Assembly (NCBI GenBank): GCA_964586315.1
Contig: CAZPHE010000006.1
Span: 1-59,352 of the forward strand
Direction: 5' to 3'
DNA: 59,352 nucleotides
Origin: an uncultured bacterium
GTDB taxonomy: Bacteria > Fidelibacterota > Marinisomatia > Marinisomatales > UBA1611
The notes under the pieces are model-generated. The model worked only from the letters and a program-made list of their open reading frames with translations, did not search any database and had not been told where the DNA came from. Positions 19,837-30,454 of the stretch are shown one piece after another; position 1 is the first letter of the stretch; the number at the start of each line of letters is the position of its first letter. A program made the position numbers and the translations under genes.

Positions 19837-21153
19837 ATGAAAAAGATTGCAGTTATTGGAACTGGTTATGTTGGATTAGTTAGTGGTGCTGGTATTTCAG
19901 ATTTCGGGCATATTGTTACTTGTGTAGATATAGTTAAAGAAAAAATTAATTTACTAAAAAATGGAAAAATTCCAATTTATGAGCCAGGATTAGATGAACT
20001 TGTAGACCGCAATGTAAAAGCAGAAAGATTAAATTTCTCTACTGATATACCTAAAGTCATAAAAGAATCAGAGGTCATTTTCATTGCAGTAGGTACTCCT
20101 GAGGCAAAAAATGGTGAAGCTGATATAACTGCTATTGAAAGCGTATCAAAAACTATAGGAGAAAATTTAAATGGATATAAAGTTATATGTACAAAAAGTA
20201 CAGTTCCAATAGGGACGGGAAGTAAGGTCTGTAAATGGATCAACCAATCCATTAACCATGGAATAGAATTTGATTATGTATCAAATCCTGAGTTTTTAAG
20301 AGAAGGCTCAGCAGTTAAAGATTTTTTATGGCCAGATAGAGTTATTATAGGAGCAACAAGGAAAAAGGCTTTTAATATTATGAAAGATGTATATCGACCG
20401 ATATATATAAATGAAACTCCAATACTACATACAAATGTAGTTACTGCAGAAATGATAAAGTATGCATCAAATGCATTCCTAGCATTAAAAATAAGCTATG
20501 TTAACGAAGTAGCAAATTTATGCGATGAGGTAGGTGCTGATATTCATCAAGTAACAAAAGCAATGGGACAGGATGGTAGAATCAGCGCAAAGTTTTTACA
20601 CCCTGGACCAGGTTTTGGTGGATCTTGTTTCCCAAAAGATACAAAGGCATTTTCTTCTTTTTCAAAGAATAATGGATTGTCAATTCAAACAGTTGAAGCT
20701 GCTATCTCTACTAATGTTCAACAGAAAAAACGAATGGTTAATAAAATGGAATCTTTAATTGGTAGTTCTTTTAAAGATAAGAAAATCGCTATCTTAGGAT
20801 TAGCATTTAAATCTAATACTGATGATGTTCGAGAATCACCAGCTATAAACATGATCAATGCTATTATAAATCAGGGAGGGATTGTAAAAGCATTCGATCC
20901 AGTCGCGAATGAATCAATGAAAGAGATATTTCCTAAATTAAATTATTTTGATTCTTGGCAATTAGCATGTAAGAATGTTGATGGTGTGGTAATTATGACT
21001 GAATGGAATGAATTTAGAGCAATGAATCTAACATTATTAAAATCTTTATTAGCTAAACCAGTATTATTAGATACTAGAAATATTTTAAGTCCTAGAAAAT
21101 TAAAAGAACTTGGATTTATTTATGATAATGTAGGTAGAAAAAATATTCTATGA
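19837..21153 (+). CDS. ugd: UDP-glucose/GDP-mannose 6-dehydrogenase
   Basis: IGTGYVGL, NPEFLREG, KYASNAFLA, GFGGSCFPKD, LAFKSNTDDVRESP. Confidence 0.95.
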   Translation: MKKIAVIGTGYVGLVSGAGISDFGHIVTCVDIVKEKINLLKNGKIPIYEPGLDELVDRNVKAERLNFSTDIPKVIKESEVIFIAVGTPEAKNGEADITAIESVSKTIGENLNGYKVICTKSTVPIGTGSKVCKWINQSINHGIEFDYVSNPEFLREGSAVKDFLWPDRVIIGATRKKAFNIMKDVYRPIYINETPILHTNVVTAEMIKYASNAFLALKISYVNEVANLCDEVGADIHQVTKAMGQDGRISAKFLHPGPGFGGSCFPKDTKAFSSFSKNNGLSIQTVEAAISTNVQQKKRMVNKMESLIGSSFKDKKIAILGLAFKSNTDDVRESPAINMINAIINQGGIVKAFDPVANESMKEIFPKLNYFDSWQLACKNVDGVVIMTEWNEFRAMNLTLLKSLLAKPVLLDTRNILSPRKLKELGFIYDNVGRKNIL

Positions 21154-21695
21154 TAATTAAGCGAACAATGTTAGAAGGAATTAAGTTAATCACACCCAAG
21201 GTTTATAAAGATAGAAGAGGGTATTTTTTTGAATCTTTTAAATCAGTGTTTTTTTCAGAAAATGGATTACCAAAATATTTTTTGCAAGATAATGAAGTAA
21301 GATCAGGAAAAAATGTTTTGCGAGGTTTACATTATCAATTAATAAAACCACAAGGAAAATTAGTTAGAGTAGTTGAAGGTAGTATATTAGATGTCGCAGT
21401 TGATATTCGTGTTGGTTCACCTAATTTTGGTAAATATATTATGGTTGAACTTTCATCACAAAATCAAAAGATGTTATATATTCCTGAAGGTTTTGCACAT
21501 GGTTATTTGGTTACATCTGATGATTCTTTAGTATTATACAAATGTACTAATTTATATGATCCGGATGATGAATTCGGTATAAGATGGGATGATAAAAGTA
21601 TTGGTATTAATTGGAATCACTCTTCGCCTATTATCTCTGATAAAGATAAGTTATTACCATCATTAAAAGGTCAAAAATTTTTGCCAAAATTCTAA
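21150..21695 (+). CDS. rfbC: dTDP-4-dehydrorhamnose 3,5-epimerase
   Basis: [33 protein letters not shown]. Confidence 0.96.
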   Translation: MIIKRTMLEGIKLITPKVYKDRRGYFFESFKSVFFSENGLPKYFLQDNEVRSGKNVLRGLHYQLIKPQGKLVRVVEGSILDVAVDIRVGSPNFGKYIMVELSSQNQKMLYIPEGFAHGYLVTSDDSLVLYKCTNLYDPDDEFGIRWDDKSIGINWNHSSPIISDKDKLLPSLKGQKFLPKF

Positions 21696-21696
21696 A

Positions 21697-22743
21697 ATGA
21701 AAACAATATTAATTACTGGAGGCTGTGGATTTATAGGTTCAAATTTTATCCAATATATTTTTGATAAAAAAGAGTCCGTCCAAATTGTTAATCTTGATAA
21801 GCTTACTTATTCTGCAAATATTAATAATTTAAAGGATCTACCGAAAAATAATTATAAAATGGTACATGGAGATATATGTGATACAAATCTTCTTAAAAGT
21901 CTTTTTCATGAATATCAATTTGATGCTGTAATACATTTTGCTGCAGAGAGTCATGTAGACCGATCTATTGATGGGCCTTTAGAATTTATACAGACTAATA
22001 TTATTGGGACTTTAGCATTATTAGAAGAATCACGTAAATTTTATTTTAAAACTAAAAATAAGAAATTTAAATTTTTGCATATATCTACAGATGAAGTATA
22101 TGGGTCACTTAGTAATTTAGGAAAATTTGTTGAATCTTCTCCTTACGATCCGAGTTCACCATATTCTGCATCAAAAGCAAGCTCAGATCATTTAGTTAGA
22201 GCTTGGGAACGGACATATGGATTGCCTACATTGATTACAAATTGTTCAAATAATTATGGTCCATACCAATTTCCAGAAAAATTAATTCCATTAATGATAA
22301 TCAACTGTTTAAATCACAAAGCGTTACCAGTCTATGGGAAGGGAGAGAATATAAGAGATTGGTTATATGTAAGAGATCATTGTGATGCAATTAATTCTGT
22401 TTTAAATAAAGGCGAGATAGGTGAAACATATAATATTGGTGGTAATAACGAAATAAAAAATATAGATGTAGTAAAATTAATATGTGAATTATTAGATCAA
22501 AAATTGCCAATGCAAAATGGGGGGTCATATTTAGAATTAATTTCTTTTGTTGATGATAGGCCTGGTCATGATTTTCGTTATGCTATAGATTCTAATAAAA
22601 TTAAAAATGAATTAGGTTGGTTTCCTTTAGAGTCATTTGATAGTGGTATAAATAAAACGATACAGTGGTATTTAGATAATAAAGATTGGTGGAAGTCAAT
22701 CTACAATAATACATATAGACAAGAAAGATTGGGAATAATCTAA
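21697..22743 (+). CDS. rfbB: dTDP-glucose 4,6-dehydratase
   Basis: [49 protein letters not shown]. Confidence 0.97.
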   Translation: MKTILITGGCGFIGSNFIQYIFDKKESVQIVNLDKLTYSANINNLKDLPKNNYKMVHGDICDTNLLKSLFHEYQFDAVIHFAAESHVDRSIDGPLEFIQTNIIGTLALLEESRKFYFKTKNKKFKFLHISTDEVYGSLSNLGKFVESSPYDPSSPYSASKASSDHLVRAWERTYGLPTLITNCSNNYGPYQFPEKLIPLMIINCLNHKALPVYGKGENIRDWLYVRDHCDAINSVLNKGEIGETYNIGGNNEIKNIDVVKLICELLDQKLPMQNGGSYLELISFVDDRPGHDFRYAIDSNKIKNELGWFPLESFDSGINKTIQWYLDNKDWWKSIYNNTYRQERLGII

Positions 22744-22745
22744 TC

Positions 22746-23624
22746 ATGAAAGGTATTATTTTAGCTGGTGGTAGTGGAACAAGGCTTTTCCCAATTACTA
22801 AAGTTATTTCAAAACAATTATTGCCTATTTATGATAAACCAATGATTTACTACCCACTTTCAACATTAATGATAGCGGGTATTAGAGATATATTAATTAT
22901 ATCAACAGAAGATGATATTCCTAGGTTTGAACAGCTGTTCGGCAATGGAAATCATTTGGGATTAAATATTTCTTATAAAGTTCAGCCATCACCAGATGGA
23001 CTTGCACAGGCATTTATTTTAGGTGAGGACTTTATTCAAAATGATTCTGTTTCCTTAATATTAGGAGACAATATTTTTTTTGGTCAAGGGTTGTCTAAAA
23101 TGCTAGAGAATAGTGTTAAAAAAGTGGAATCAACATCTGAAGCTGTAATTTTTGGTTATAATGTTAGAGATCCCGAAAGATATGGTGTTGTAGACTTTGA
23201 TGACTTAGGTAAAGTCAGAAGTATAGAAGAAAAACCACCTAATCCAGTATCAAACTTCGCAGTTGTTGGCTTATACTTTTATCCTAATAGTGTTATTAAT
23301 ATTGCAAAAAAGATAAAACCATCAGCTAGAGGTGAATTAGAAATTACTGCTGTAAATCAAACCTATTTGGAGATGGATGAATTATCTGTGGAACTAATGG
23401 GAAGAGGTTTTGCATGGCTTGATACAGGAACACAAGAAGCGATGAATAATGCATCCAATTTTATAAAAACAATTGAAGAAAGGCAGGGTTTAAAAGTAGG
23501 TTGTTTAGAAGAAATTGCATATCACCAAAATTTTATTAATCGAGAAGATTTAGAAAAACTTGCTACCACTTATTCTAATTCCTATGGTGATTACTTAATG
23601 GAATTAATTTCTTTAAAAATTTAA
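22746..23624 (+). CDS. rfbA: Glucose-1-phosphate thymidylyltransferase
   Basis: [44 protein letters not shown]. Confidence 0.97.
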   Translation: MKGIILAGGSGTRLFPITKVISKQLLPIYDKPMIYYPLSTLMIAGIRDILIISTEDDIPRFEQLFGNGNHLGLNISYKVQPSPDGLAQAFILGEDFIQNDSVSLILGDNIFFGQGLSKMLENSVKKVESTSEAVIFGYNVRDPERYGVVDFDDLGKVRSIEEKPPNPVSNFAVVGLYFYPNSVINIAKKIKPSARGELEITAVNQTYLEMDELSVELMGRGFAWLDTGTQEAMNNASNFIKTIEERQGLKVGCLEEIAYHQNFINREDLEKLATTYSNSYGDYLMELISLKI

Positions 23625-23633
23625 GTATATTAA

Positions 23634-24989
23634 TTACATCTTAAAGTTATAAGACATTCGAAATTCCATTGATAATTTTTCTATGTTTACTCCCATGTAG
23701 TCTACTTCTAAAATAGAAAACCCAACATTTTTGAACATCAAATATTTTAAACCAATAGAATAATCTAGACTCTCTATTCTTGATGATCGTGAAAAAAAAA
23801 CAGATAATAATGACTTTAACTCATATCCAGATTGGAATCGATTTTTTTGATTATCTTCATAATTTTCCTGTACCATTTCTTCTGTTACAATTCCACGTTT
23901 TACATTGGAATATTCTATAATAAGTTTATTTTTTCTTAATTGTAAAAAATAATCGATTAAAAATTCTTGAGCATGGGGTCCTGCCCAAAAGCCTAAAGTT
24001 TGCATATGACTATAAAAATCATTTACATTATATTTGTGTTTATAAATTCGCTGGTCAGTCCAATTATATTCTAAAACAATGGTCTCATCATCAAAAAAAA
24101 TATTTCTTGCAATATAACCAAACTGCCATGCAAACCAATTATGATTTTTTGAATTGAAAATCCATTCTGGAGTGAGTTCATCCATAAAAAAGCCTAGATA
24201 AAATTTGTGTCCTGAATAAGGTAAAAATAATATATCACATCCCATTTGTATGTTATCTGTATCTCCTAAATAATTTTCAATAGGATAAAATGGTATTATA
24301 GGAATTAAATAATGAAAATCTAAACTTCTGGTCGCATAAATAACAGATTCATTGGCACTAAGGATAATTTTTTCAGAAGGCCTCCATTCAATCCTATGTG
24401 CTGCAATATTTCTTGGAATATTAATTGATCTTTCACTGTAATTATTTTTATAATATGAAAAACGATTAGTGTCAGAAATCCCACTATTGAGAAAACCGTG
24501 AAAGTAAATAAGTTTAATATTTTTTGTGATAGACCAATCAAATCCAATTTGTGGATAAGATGGTACTTTACTTGATATATGTAATGCTCTTTTTCCTGAT
24601 CCCCAATGCCTATCAAATTTCCCAAAATTAATTTCAAAATTATTTGATATATATTTTATTTTTGTTGTTGCGTATTCTGACCAATAACCAGCTGCATCCT
24701 TTGACTCATCGATGTATGGTAAACTTTGTCTAGGTGAAAAATCAAAAATATCTTTTCCAATATTGCCTAACATCCCTAGTTGGAGATATTCTGTATTAAT
24801 AGACCACTTATCATTTTTATAATAGGCACCTATACCAGTTCCAAAAAATGTAACGGGTTTATTTTTATACATCCAATCATTCCCCCCAGTGGAATGATAA
24901 ATAAAAATAAGGGGATTAATTATCAAATTATTTGATAAAATTAGAGTTGAAAAAACTGTTACAACAAATATTCCTTTAAAAAATCTCAT
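23634..24989 (-). CDS. wzi: Capsule assembly Wzi-family outer-membrane protein
   Basis: FGKFDRHWGSG..ALHIS, AAHRIEW, ESVIYATRSLDFHYLIP, GDTDNIQM; ends in Y-x-F beta signal. Confidence 0.7.
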   Translation of the reverse strand: MRFFKGIFVVTVFSTLILSNNLIINPLIFIYHSTGGNDWMYKNKPVTFFGTGIGAYYKNDKWSINTEYLQLGMLGNIGKDIFDFSPRQSLPYIDESKDAAGYWSEYATTKIKYISNNFEINFGKFDRHWGSGKRALHISSKVPSYPQIGFDWSITKNIKLIYFHGFLNSGISDTNRFSYYKNNYSERSINIPRNIAAHRIEWRPSEKIILSANESVIYATRSLDFHYLIPIIPFYPIENYLGDTDNIQMGCDILFLPYSGHKFYLGFFMDELTPEWIFNSKNHNWFAWQFGYIARNIFFDDETIVLEYNWTDQRIYKHKYNVNDFYSHMQTLGFWAGPHAQEFLIDYFLQLRKNKLIIEYSNVKRGIVTEEMVQENYEDNQKNRFQSGYELKSLLSVFFSRSSRIESLDYSIGLKYLMFKNVGFSILEVDYMGVNIEKLSMEFRMSYNFKM

Positions 24990-24992
24990 TAC

Positions 24993-26978
24993 TTATTTGC
25001 TTCGAGCTCCAGAAAATAGAATATTTGTAATAGCCTTTAAAAAATATTTTAAATCAGTAATAAACGGGCGTTTTTGTTTTTTATTCAAATACCTAATCTC
25101 ACTTTTTATAATTTCATCAAATGATTTGGGCAAATCTGCATAATATGGTGGAATTAATCCTGGTTTTAATTTGATTCTTTTTTCTCGAAGATATTTGGGA
25201 TATAGGCTGAAATAATGTTCACTTAATGCTCTTACACCCATTAAGTTTAAATCTCCTTTAATCCAATTATAAATCTGGGGTATTTCATCAATAAAATACT
25301 TTCTAAATAACTTTCCCCACGATGTAATTCTATAATCACCTTTTATCTTACCAGAATTATCTAAATGATATTTTTCATAAATATCACCTTGTATAAATTC
25401 ACTATAAGGGTACATGGTTCTTAATTTATATATATAAACAGGTTTACCAAGATGTCCGATCCTTTTTAGTTTGACAATAGGACCATAGGATGGGGATTTT
25501 TCACTTGAAACGGTATTTTTCTTTTTACAAATAAAATAAATTTGATCTCCTAAACTAATTTCATTGAGAATTTCATACCCACAAAACGCCAAACGTCCTA
25601 GAATCTCTGATTTTGAGATAACACGATTTTTCCCATTTGTAAGAATAAAATAAATTTGTTTTGTTATTGCCAACTTAGGAAATACTCTATGAAAAATAAA
25701 ATGGAATGGCAATATCATTGAAAAAAGAAAATGAGGCATTTGTGATCTTAGATGATCTTTAATGTTTTCTAATGGAATAAAATTACCAACTAAAATTCCA
25801 CCAGATTCTAATTTTGAGTACGCGGATAAAAAATATTGATTAATTTTTTTAAAATCATTTAGTGGATGAATATTAACTAAAAGCTCTTTTGATTCGTTAA
25901 ATAATAATTTTACGTTGATTGTAGATGCTGTATTTAATATTGTTACTTTACTTTTTGAAAATTTTTCTAAATGAATTGACTCCCATATGAAATTTGTTAA
26001 ATGTTTACCATATTTAAAACCAAAGGTCTTTATACTATGAGATAATTCATTTTTAGTGTAAGTACCATTTTTACCATTAGAGCTATTTTTAATCTTTAAT
26101 GACTCCTGGCCATTGGTTGGTATATTATTTTTTAATATATTATTTTTATAATTTCCATTTTTCTTTGATTCTCCAAAAAAATAAAGAAAAAATGCAACAA
26201 TTTCTAATCCTGAATGTAAAAATCCTGCTTCATAAATTAATTTTATGGATGATGAACTGATTCTTAATGTATAATAAAAAAAAGTGAGAAAAAGAAAAGT
26301 AAGAATAGATGCCTTTATATATGGAGAAATTTCATAATAATGGTTTATGGAAATTGGCTCTTTATATCGATTAGTTAGTAATGTTCCCAGACCCCATGCA
26401 GATATTAATATTAAAAAATTTTGTTCATGTAATATATTATATTTAAATGAACCTGTATGTAAATAAACAATACCAGTATAGATCATAAGAAGAAAAATAA
26501 GACCAGGTATCAACCATTTAATATAAAATTTATTTGATACTGAAATATCAGGGTGATTATTTAGATTTTGATTAATAATTATTCTTGAACTAAGAAATAT
26601 TTTAATGAATAATGTTATCAGTATTTCGTAAAGAATCATTATTATGGTAAAAGTAACAATAAATATTCTTGAAATATTCCATAAATCTGAAAAAGAAATA
26701 GCAATGACAACGAAAAGAAGACTAATGAGCGATGACCAAAAGATAATTCGAAGTGTCAGCCAAATTGGTTTTTCAATGATTATATTTATTTTATCATAAT
26801 AAATCGAAAAGATTACCCAAAAGAAAATGAAGATAAGATAAAGGTGTAAATAATTATCTTTAGGAATAAAAAAGGAAAATTTCCAATAGTGCATTATTGA
26901 AAAGCAAATACTAAAGCAAAAGATATCTAAGACCCATAATAAATTTTCTAGTTTTGATTTGTTTATCATAAAGAACAC
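24993..26978 (-). CDS. Priming phosphoglycosyl transferase (bacterial sugar transferase family) with extended N-terminus
   Basis: C-terminal RIG..GK..YIYKLRTM, ITSWGKLFRKYFIDEIPQIYNWIKGDLNLMGVR, KPGL; about 8 N-terminal TMs. Confidence 0.85.
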   Translation of the reverse strand: MFFMINKSKLENLLWVLDIFCFSICFSIMHYWKFSFFIPKDNYLHLYLIFIFFWVIFSIYYDKINIIIEKPIWLTLRIIFWSSLISLLFVVIAISFSDLWNISRIFIVTFTIIMILYEILITLFIKIFLSSRIIINQNLNNHPDISVSNKFYIKWLIPGLIFLLMIYTGIVYLHTGSFKYNILHEQNFLILISAWGLGTLLTNRYKEPISINHYYEISPYIKASILTFLFLTFFYYTLRISSSSIKLIYEAGFLHSGLEIVAFFLYFFGESKKNGNYKNNILKNNIPTNGQESLKIKNSSNGKNGTYTKNELSHSIKTFGFKYGKHLTNFIWESIHLEKFSKSKVTILNTASTINVKLLFNESKELLVNIHPLNDFKKINQYFLSAYSKLESGGILVGNFIPLENIKDHLRSQMPHFLFSMILPFHFIFHRVFPKLAITKQIYFILTNGKNRVISKSEILGRLAFCGYEILNEISLGDQIYFICKKKNTVSSEKSPSYGPIVKLKRIGHLGKPVYIYKLRTMYPYSEFIQGDIYEKYHLDNSGKIKGDYRITSWGKLFRKYFIDEIPQIYNWIKGDLNLMGVRALSEHYFSLYPKYLREKRIKLKPGLIPPYYADLPKSFDEIIKSEIRYLNKKQKRPFITDLKYFLKAITNILFSGARSK

Positions 26979-27050
26979 CTAACATATAATTGGTTATCCA
27001 ATTCATATGATTGAGAACTTAAAAAATTTAAATCGAGTGAATTATTTATA

Positions 27051-27068
27051 TTGTGCGAAGGATCACAA
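27051..27068. promoter_or_regulatory. CRP/FNR-family-like operator
   Basis: TTGTGC-GAAGGA-TCACAA: one mismatch to TGTGA-N6-TCACA, in the 240-bp gap upstream of the priming transferase. Confidence 0.45.
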
Positions 27069-27219
27069 GGACTATAAATCTTCATTTATGCAAAACATAC
27101 ATTTCATTTAATTATAATTATCTTATTAAAAAATGATAGCGTTTTACAGCAATAAAGTATTACTCCTTTGTTAACCTTAATCTAAGAACTAATTATAAGA
27201 TTAGGAAAAAGATAATATG

Positions 27220-28287
27220 TTATTTAATAGAATATTGTAATTCTGGTTTGATTCTTAATTTTTCTGCACTGTGAGGGTAACCTAAGATTAACCATTGAAT
27301 AAAACGGTTTACATCAATTTTATTTTGCATTACTTCAAAACATTTTTTTCTTTGGATAGATTTTATTTTTGGATTACCTAATAATTCTAATGCTTTATTT
27401 TTAACACCATGAGGTGAATTAAAGATATGTAATAAGCCCTTTTTTTCTTGATCTTCTAAAGTGCCAGCTGATAAAGTATTAATATATATACTTGGTGTTC
27501 CAAGAATTGCGCATTCTGATGCCATCGTAGCACCTTCTCCAATAAAAAGTATCGCGTAGTATAATAAATTATGAATCTCAATTGGGTTAATTTTCAATTC
27601 ATATTTTTTTAAAACTTGTGGTATCTCCCCTTCTGATAGAATAAATATACGAGCATATTTTTCAATCGAATTCACTAAGTCCATTAGAGTATCCTTTCCA
27701 AATCCTTGTTGTCCTATATCATGACTTGCTTTCCAGGCCACCAAACGTATAATAACAAATTTTTGATTCTTCGTTAGTTTTAACTTTTTGAGTGTATCGA
27801 TCTTTGGATTAAAGTCATTTTGTAAATAACTTTGCTCCATATAACCATCAAAGCGAATATGTTTTTTTCCTAGATCATTTTTATATACTTTTGGAGTGAT
27901 AACATAATTAGAGAATGGTAAAAATGCTAAAATACCAAGTTTTGCATGTTCTGTATCTGTAAATGCAATATGAGGAATTTTCAAAATTGTAGAAACCTGC
28001 GCAGCATAAGGAGATGAAAAGCTAATAAAAAGATCAGGTTTAAAACCTTTACCTAAATGATATAATTGGTAATTAGCTTTTAATAAATAAAAAAATTTAC
28101 CTAATAATCCATCTCTACCTTTGCCCCTAGAAACAAAAGATATTTTATAATTATTTAATAATTGATGTGTAACATCTTTTTCTCGTGCCGTAATTAAAAA
28201 ATCATGTCCATTTTTTTTGAGGTATAAAACAGTGTTCTTAAAGTAATGCACATGTGCAGGGTGACCAATATCTATAAATATTCTCAT
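27220..28287 (-). CDS. DUF354 GT-B fold glycosyltransferase-like protein
   Basis: MRIFIDIGHPAHVHYFK, FTDTEHA, GEGATMASECAILGTPSI. Confidence 0.88.
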   Translation of the reverse strand: MRIFIDIGHPAHVHYFKNTVLYLKKNGHDFLITAREKDVTHQLLNNYKISFVSRGKGRDGLLGKFFYLLKANYQLYHLGKGFKPDLFISFSSPYAAQVSTILKIPHIAFTDTEHAKLGILAFLPFSNYVITPKVYKNDLGKKHIRFDGYMEQSYLQNDFNPKIDTLKKLKLTKNQKFVIIRLVAWKASHDIGQQGFGKDTLMDLVNSIEKYARIFILSEGEIPQVLKKYELKINPIEIHNLLYYAILFIGEGATMASECAILGTPSIYINTLSAGTLEDQEKKGLLHIFNSPHGVKNKALELLGNPKIKSIQRKKCFEVMQNKIDVNRFIQWLILGYPHSAEKLRIKPELQYSIK

Positions 28288-28290
28288 ATG

Positions 28291-29217
28291 CTATGGAGCT
28301 TTGTAATTCTTTGCAACAGTTTGGTAAACACCAAAAACTTTTTTTGCAATTATATTTAATGCAAAAGGTTTGACTGCGGTCCTGCCATTGGATTCTTTTT
28401 TTGAATCTAAAATAATTTTGATTTTTTGTTCGATCTCCATTGGATCATAATTTGTTAGGTAGCAGTTATTAACATTTTTGGTTATTTTTTTTACATCTCC
28501 GACATTTGTTGAAATAATTGGACAATTACATGCAAGTGCTTCTTTTACAACAACAGGTCCAGTTTCAGAGTAAGAAGTTACCAGAAGTAAGTCTGAAGCA
28601 TTCATTAGCAGGTTGATCTCTTTTTTTGAATAATTTTTTAATTCAATAAGTTTTGTGTTTCTAAAATTTTTTAATGCTGTTTTTGCAAGTGGGGCATTTT
28701 TAATAGGATTATTAAAAGCTGATGAGAATAATACATAAATAGTATTATCATTCCATCCAAGTATACTTCTAGCATTCGATTTTTTCATAGGATAGAAAGT
28801 GTTCAAATCAACACCGCAAGGAATAATATTTTTCTTGTTTGAAAAGATTTTTAGTTTTCTAGATAAATTAGGATGAACAAAAATATTGGTCGTAGATAAT
28901 CTTGAAGCTAAACGACTAAATAAGTAATTTTTTTTAAAATTTACATCACTACCATGGAATGTTATTATAACTGGCACTTGAGTCTGTATTGTTGCTAGTA
29001 GTCCTGATAATCCATAATGTGCATGCAATAGATCATAGTGATTATCTTTTAAATATTTAATTAATTTAAAATGATTGTTTAGATATCCCCCAATACCCTT
29101 CCCTTTAATTAAAAAATAATCAATAAATATGCCCATTGTTTTCAAACTATTTACTTGCTCTTCAACAAATGGACTAATATTTGTTTGATTTCCACTTGCA
29201 ATGACAAGAATTCTCAT
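28291..29217 (-). CDS. GT4 glycosyltransferase (TuaC-like)
   Basis: HAHYGLSG, TFHGSD, IPCGVD, SYSETGPVVVKEALACNCPIISTNVGD. Confidence 0.9.
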   Translation of the reverse strand: MRILVIASGNQTNISPFVEEQVNSLKTMGIFIDYFLIKGKGIGGYLNNHFKLIKYLKDNHYDLLHAHYGLSGLLATIQTQVPVIITFHGSDVNFKKNYLFSRLASRLSTTNIFVHPNLSRKLKIFSNKKNIIPCGVDLNTFYPMKKSNARSILGWNDNTIYVLFSSAFNNPIKNAPLAKTALKNFRNTKLIELKNYSKKEINLLMNASDLLLVTSYSETGPVVVKEALACNCPIISTNVGDVKKITKNVNNCYLTNYDPMEIEQKIKIILDSKKESNGRTAVKPFALNIIAKKVFGVYQTVAKNYKAP

Positions 29218-29218
29218 T

Positions 29219-30442
29219 TTATGATTTTATTGTTGCCAATAGATAATAAAATAAAGAACCTGATGTAACGGAATCAATTACATGTCCACCAAAGAAACTA
29301 TAAGTGAAGAATAAAATGATTGCGATATTATTTCTAATATTAGAATAATTTAATGATTCAAATAATCGTCTTGTTAATAGCATTACTAAAATAATTGTCC
29401 CAATTAAGCCATATTTAAAAAAAAAGTCAAAAAAGTCCATTGATGCATTTGTAAACCAAAACTCACCTCTTTGTCTCCAAAAAAGATTTTGTCCTGCAAA
29501 ACTTGTTCCTAGAAAAAATGTTTTTGGATCTCTAAAAGATTCGGTCATTTGGATATTCAAAGATGCATACCTTCTAAAATTCAATGAAGCGATCTTGTTT
29601 AGAGCTTGGTTTTTATATAAACCACCAACTTTTTCAGCAGCAGCAATAGATTTATTTATATTGAGTCCAAATCGAGATTCATACATCTCAATTGATTGAT
29701 CAATTAATAATGATACAGATAAAATGAAAATAATTGTAAATATATTATATGCGATTATTTTATTAAGACTTAGAGCTCTTCTTTTCAATGCGAAAAATAT
29801 TGGAATAATAAAACCAAAAACACTTTTTGATGCTATAATAAATGCGTTTAAAAAAGTTAACGAGACGGGAATAATTTGTTTTCTTAATCTTCCATCTAAT
29901 AAGAAATATGTAAAAAAGATAAGGTTTAAAATTGAAACGGGATTTCCTCCTTGGAACATCCCTTTTGAAGTCCCCTCAAACCTGTATGATTCTAAGCCAA
30001 ATCCAAAAAGATAACCGAGACTGAGGCTTATAACAAAATATGAAAAATTTAAATAAATGACCTTTTTTGTAAATAGTGAATTATGGCTCATACGATTTTT
30101 TATAAAAACAAATAAGAATAATAGGAATTGAAATCTTAAAAGGTATGCTATGTTTTCTATAAACATACTAATTGAGGAATATTCGATATAATGTAATCCA
30201 GTGTTTAGAATAAAAAATAAAAACATTAAAAGGCATAACATTTCATCATAGTATAGATTTTTTTTAATCGTTTTTATTATATAAAAAAAAACAAATATAA
30301 CCAGCATAGGTCCACGTACCCAATATCCAATATTAAAAATCGGATTTGTTATTTCTAAATAAACTCTAATAAAACCACTAAATGCATCAATAAGAAGAAA
30401 TGATAACATATAATATTTGATAATCATTTGTAATTTGATCAT
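29219..30442 (-). CDS. wzy: Polysaccharide polymerase Wzy / O-antigen ligase-like membrane protein
   Basis: About 10-11 TM segments, one large periplasmic loop, MDFFDFFFKYGLIG motif; located between flippase and GTs. Confidence 0.6.
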   Translation of the reverse strand: MIKLQMIIKYYMLSFLLIDAFSGFIRVYLEITNPIFNIGYWVRGPMLVIFVFFYIIKTIKKNLYYDEMLCLLMFLFFILNTGLHYIEYSSISMFIENIAYLLRFQFLLFLFVFIKNRMSHNSLFTKKVIYLNFSYFVISLSLGYLFGFGLESYRFEGTSKGMFQGGNPVSILNLIFFTYFLLDGRLRKQIIPVSLTFLNAFIIASKSVFGFIIPIFFALKRRALSLNKIIAYNIFTIIFILSVSLLIDQSIEMYESRFGLNINKSIAAAEKVGGLYKNQALNKIASLNFRRYASLNIQMTESFRDPKTFFLGTSFAGQNLFWRQRGEFWFTNASMDFFDFFFKYGLIGTIILVMLLTRRLFESLNYSNIRNNIAIILFFTYSFFGGHVIDSVTSGSLFYYLLATIKS

Positions 30443-30454
30443 ATTTATTAAATA

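Noticed and set aside
27072-27107. 11-codon mini-ORF MKCMFCINEDL (CxxC) in the capsule-operon gap
   Set aside because: Too short to support; no recognisable continuation in other frames.
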